Shown here in pieces: positions 62,023 to 64,000 of a stretch of DNA of 64,000 nt. This DNA comes from Glycera tridactyla. Its lineage: Eukaryota. The stretch spans positions 51,212,001 to 51,276,000 of the forward strand of contig OZ286462.1 in the NCBI GenBank assembly GCA_965644265.1, given 5' to 3'. Under the pieces are notes generated by a model. It was not told where the DNA came from. It worked only from the letters and a program-made list of their open reading frames with translations, and searched no databases. The position numbers and the translations under genes were made by a program. Numbering within the stretch: the first letter of the stretch is position 1; every line of letters begins with the position of its first letter.

Positions 62023-63670
62023 GTGGCGTGATTTTTGTGTATTTGAAATAATTCCACAAGTTTCCCACTTAGCTTGAAACCCTGAAAATCCTGATAAGCG
62101 CTTCAACATGTGAGGTGGGTTAGAATGAGAGCAGGTTGTATTTTTAGCATCAAAGTACAATATAGGCTCCCTCCATGTTCTTCTGTCTTGGATCATGGCA
62201 GATCAGGTGACGGCTGATTCGAGGTCTGTGTAGAGATATAACGGAAGCCAAGATTTCAATCAAAGTGAATGTTTGTTCTCCAGAGGCTGGACTATGGTGG
62301 TATAGTCTCAAACTTTATATATGTGAAAGAACTGTAGCCAACAGGTTTGACGATAGCTGTCTGAGTTTATTTAATTTTATATTTTCTTTTATGTTAGCAT
62401 TGGTCCACCATGGGGATCACCAGGCCCTGCCATCTTAGGTCTTTAAACAAAGATATTTTTGTAAAAAGATGTGACTGTTCTTACCCTGTGAGGGTATAAT
62501 GAGGTGTTATTGTTATACTATTGATGTTTCTAGTGATCTTGAGCAGATTGGACAGACAGATATGATGAATGTTCTCTCCTGAGAAGTAATATGTTGGAAA
62601 GAATTGAGAGAGAGAACAATGGAGCCGAATTCCAGAATAAAATGGTATTCTTAAATCATGTGATGCAAAACATCAGGTTTGGCCAGTGCAAGCGCCATCT
62701 ATATCCTCGATTTGTCCACATAATAATAGATTATTCGCGGAAATGGCTCAATTTAGTCATTACCTTCAGGGCACACTCTGTAGAATGGCGAAAAAAAATA
62801 AAAACTGCAGAGGGTTGTGAAACAGTGGTAGTGTGATGGAGAGCTTGACTCCCGCCACAATCACTCTCGCTACGACCAACAACGCCAGTTTATTCGCTAT
62901 GTTTTCCAGGTATATACAGGTTTATGTCAAATTGACGCCTGATGTGAATATGATAGAGAAGAGTGAATTTTTAATGAATGTTTTGCTACTGTGTTTGAGG
63001 CTGAGACAGCTAGTGGAAATTTCTATGACTATGGAAGTTTGTGAAGATCATTGCAATGTCTGGTAGTGCAAGAGAGCCTAATCTTGCACAGGTTGTTCTA
63101 TAATATATCTATGAACCAAGGTTTAAGCTTATATATTAATGTGGTTCTTGAAGTTTAAGCTCCACCACCCTCATCATTGTTACCTAAGGCTCCAGAGAAT
63201 CCCATTGATGCAGCCAGTGTGGTGGCGTGATTTGATCTAGCTAAAAGTCCCTGTGGATCACCTAAGTTGGGATGTCTTGTTTGTGTATTCTCCCTAGGTG
63301 CCTAGGTGGGTGCAAGGTTAAGGGTACCCTATCATTCTGTTCAGTCAACAATAATAGACGAAATATGCAATGCTGTGCAATGACTGATGTCAGAACCAGA
63401 AGCCAGCCGACCTTTGCTTCTGATTCTGACCATCAACCCTCATTTCTGCATTCAAAATTCATGCTGTTTATGTGTGTTGGGCGTGATATTTTGAGTATAG
63501 TCTCTGTGTGATGTCAGAGTCAAATTGAGAAATAAGTTAAACGGGATCTTTGGTGGGACTACCACCACTGATCGTGGCCAAAATGTTCTCAGAAATGAGA
63601 GGTCACAAGTCTGTGGCTATATTCTCAATCTCTATAAATGTATCGCGATTGTGGCGTGATTGTGCGTGAT
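62023..63670. promoter_or_regulatory. cluster of SREBP-consensus sites (ATCACGCCAC on the minus strand)
   Basis: Exact GTGGCGTGAT at 62023-62032, 63222-63231 and 63651-63660, with variants at 63478-63487 and 63662-63670. The reverse complement fits the RTCACSCCAY SRE consensus. Confidence 0.35.
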
Positions 63671-63877
63671 CAGATTATACATGTGAAACCCCATATTTAA
63701 TCGCATGATACTCGCATTTATCGCATGGTAAGGTTGCTGTGTGTGTATAATCATGTATATATATATATATGAATCGTAAGCAGTTTTGGAGGGAAATATT
63801 TTGTGATTGATTGATATGTTGATACTTCATGATATCGATCGGTTATTAACTGGTATGTTCGTTTGCTTGAGTTTCAG

Positions 63878-64000
63878 AGACATGGCGCCAGGAGTGACCC
63901 TTGTGGGATGCCTCATATCTTCCATTTCTCTGAGCTCGGCAGATGGGCATATCAGTGGACCAGCATGGAGTATGCGACCGCTACCAATCAAGTCCTGCCA
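63878..64000 (+). CDS. candidate exon truncated by the window edge
   Basis: Acceptor TGTTCGTTTGCTTGAGTTTCAG at 63877. ATG at 63882 in good context (GACATGG) gives MAPGVTLVGCLISSISLSSADGHISG..., a signal-peptide-like start. The phase-0 frame RHGARSDPCGMPHIFHFSELGRWAYQW... is also open to the edge. Confidence 0.35.

Overview
Animal (probably marine invertebrate; species not determinable) scaffold DNA. It is AT-rich, strongly CpG-depleted outside a few patches, and has six N-gaps. Most of the window looks like intron or intergenic DNA filled with transposon debris: at least 11 TA-flanked CAGT...ACTG (Tc1/mariner/pogo-type) MITEs, several decayed LINE reverse-transcriptase relics (those I could orient lie on the minus strand), a pogo-like transposase relic, a tRNA-headed SINE and micro/minisatellites. 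Only two long ORFs are intact. (1) A CpG-rich 392-aa Merlin/IS1595-family DDE transposase (22838-24016), with a divergent tRNA-like Pol III unit upstream and no TIRs or TSD that I could find. (2) A CpG-depleted but fully open 356-aa Ty3/Gypsy-type Gag with two CCHC knuckles (59242-60312) and no recognisable pol or LTR. This is the best candidate for something new: a possible domesticated, Arc/PNMA/PEG10-like capsid gene. There are also a few orphan plus-strand exon candidates (35220-35396, 38639-38662, 63878 to the window end), a LINE ORF1 fragment flanked by 9-bp direct repeats, and a cluster of SREBP-consensus sites near the right edge. All family assignments come from reading motifs by eye; no database searches were run.
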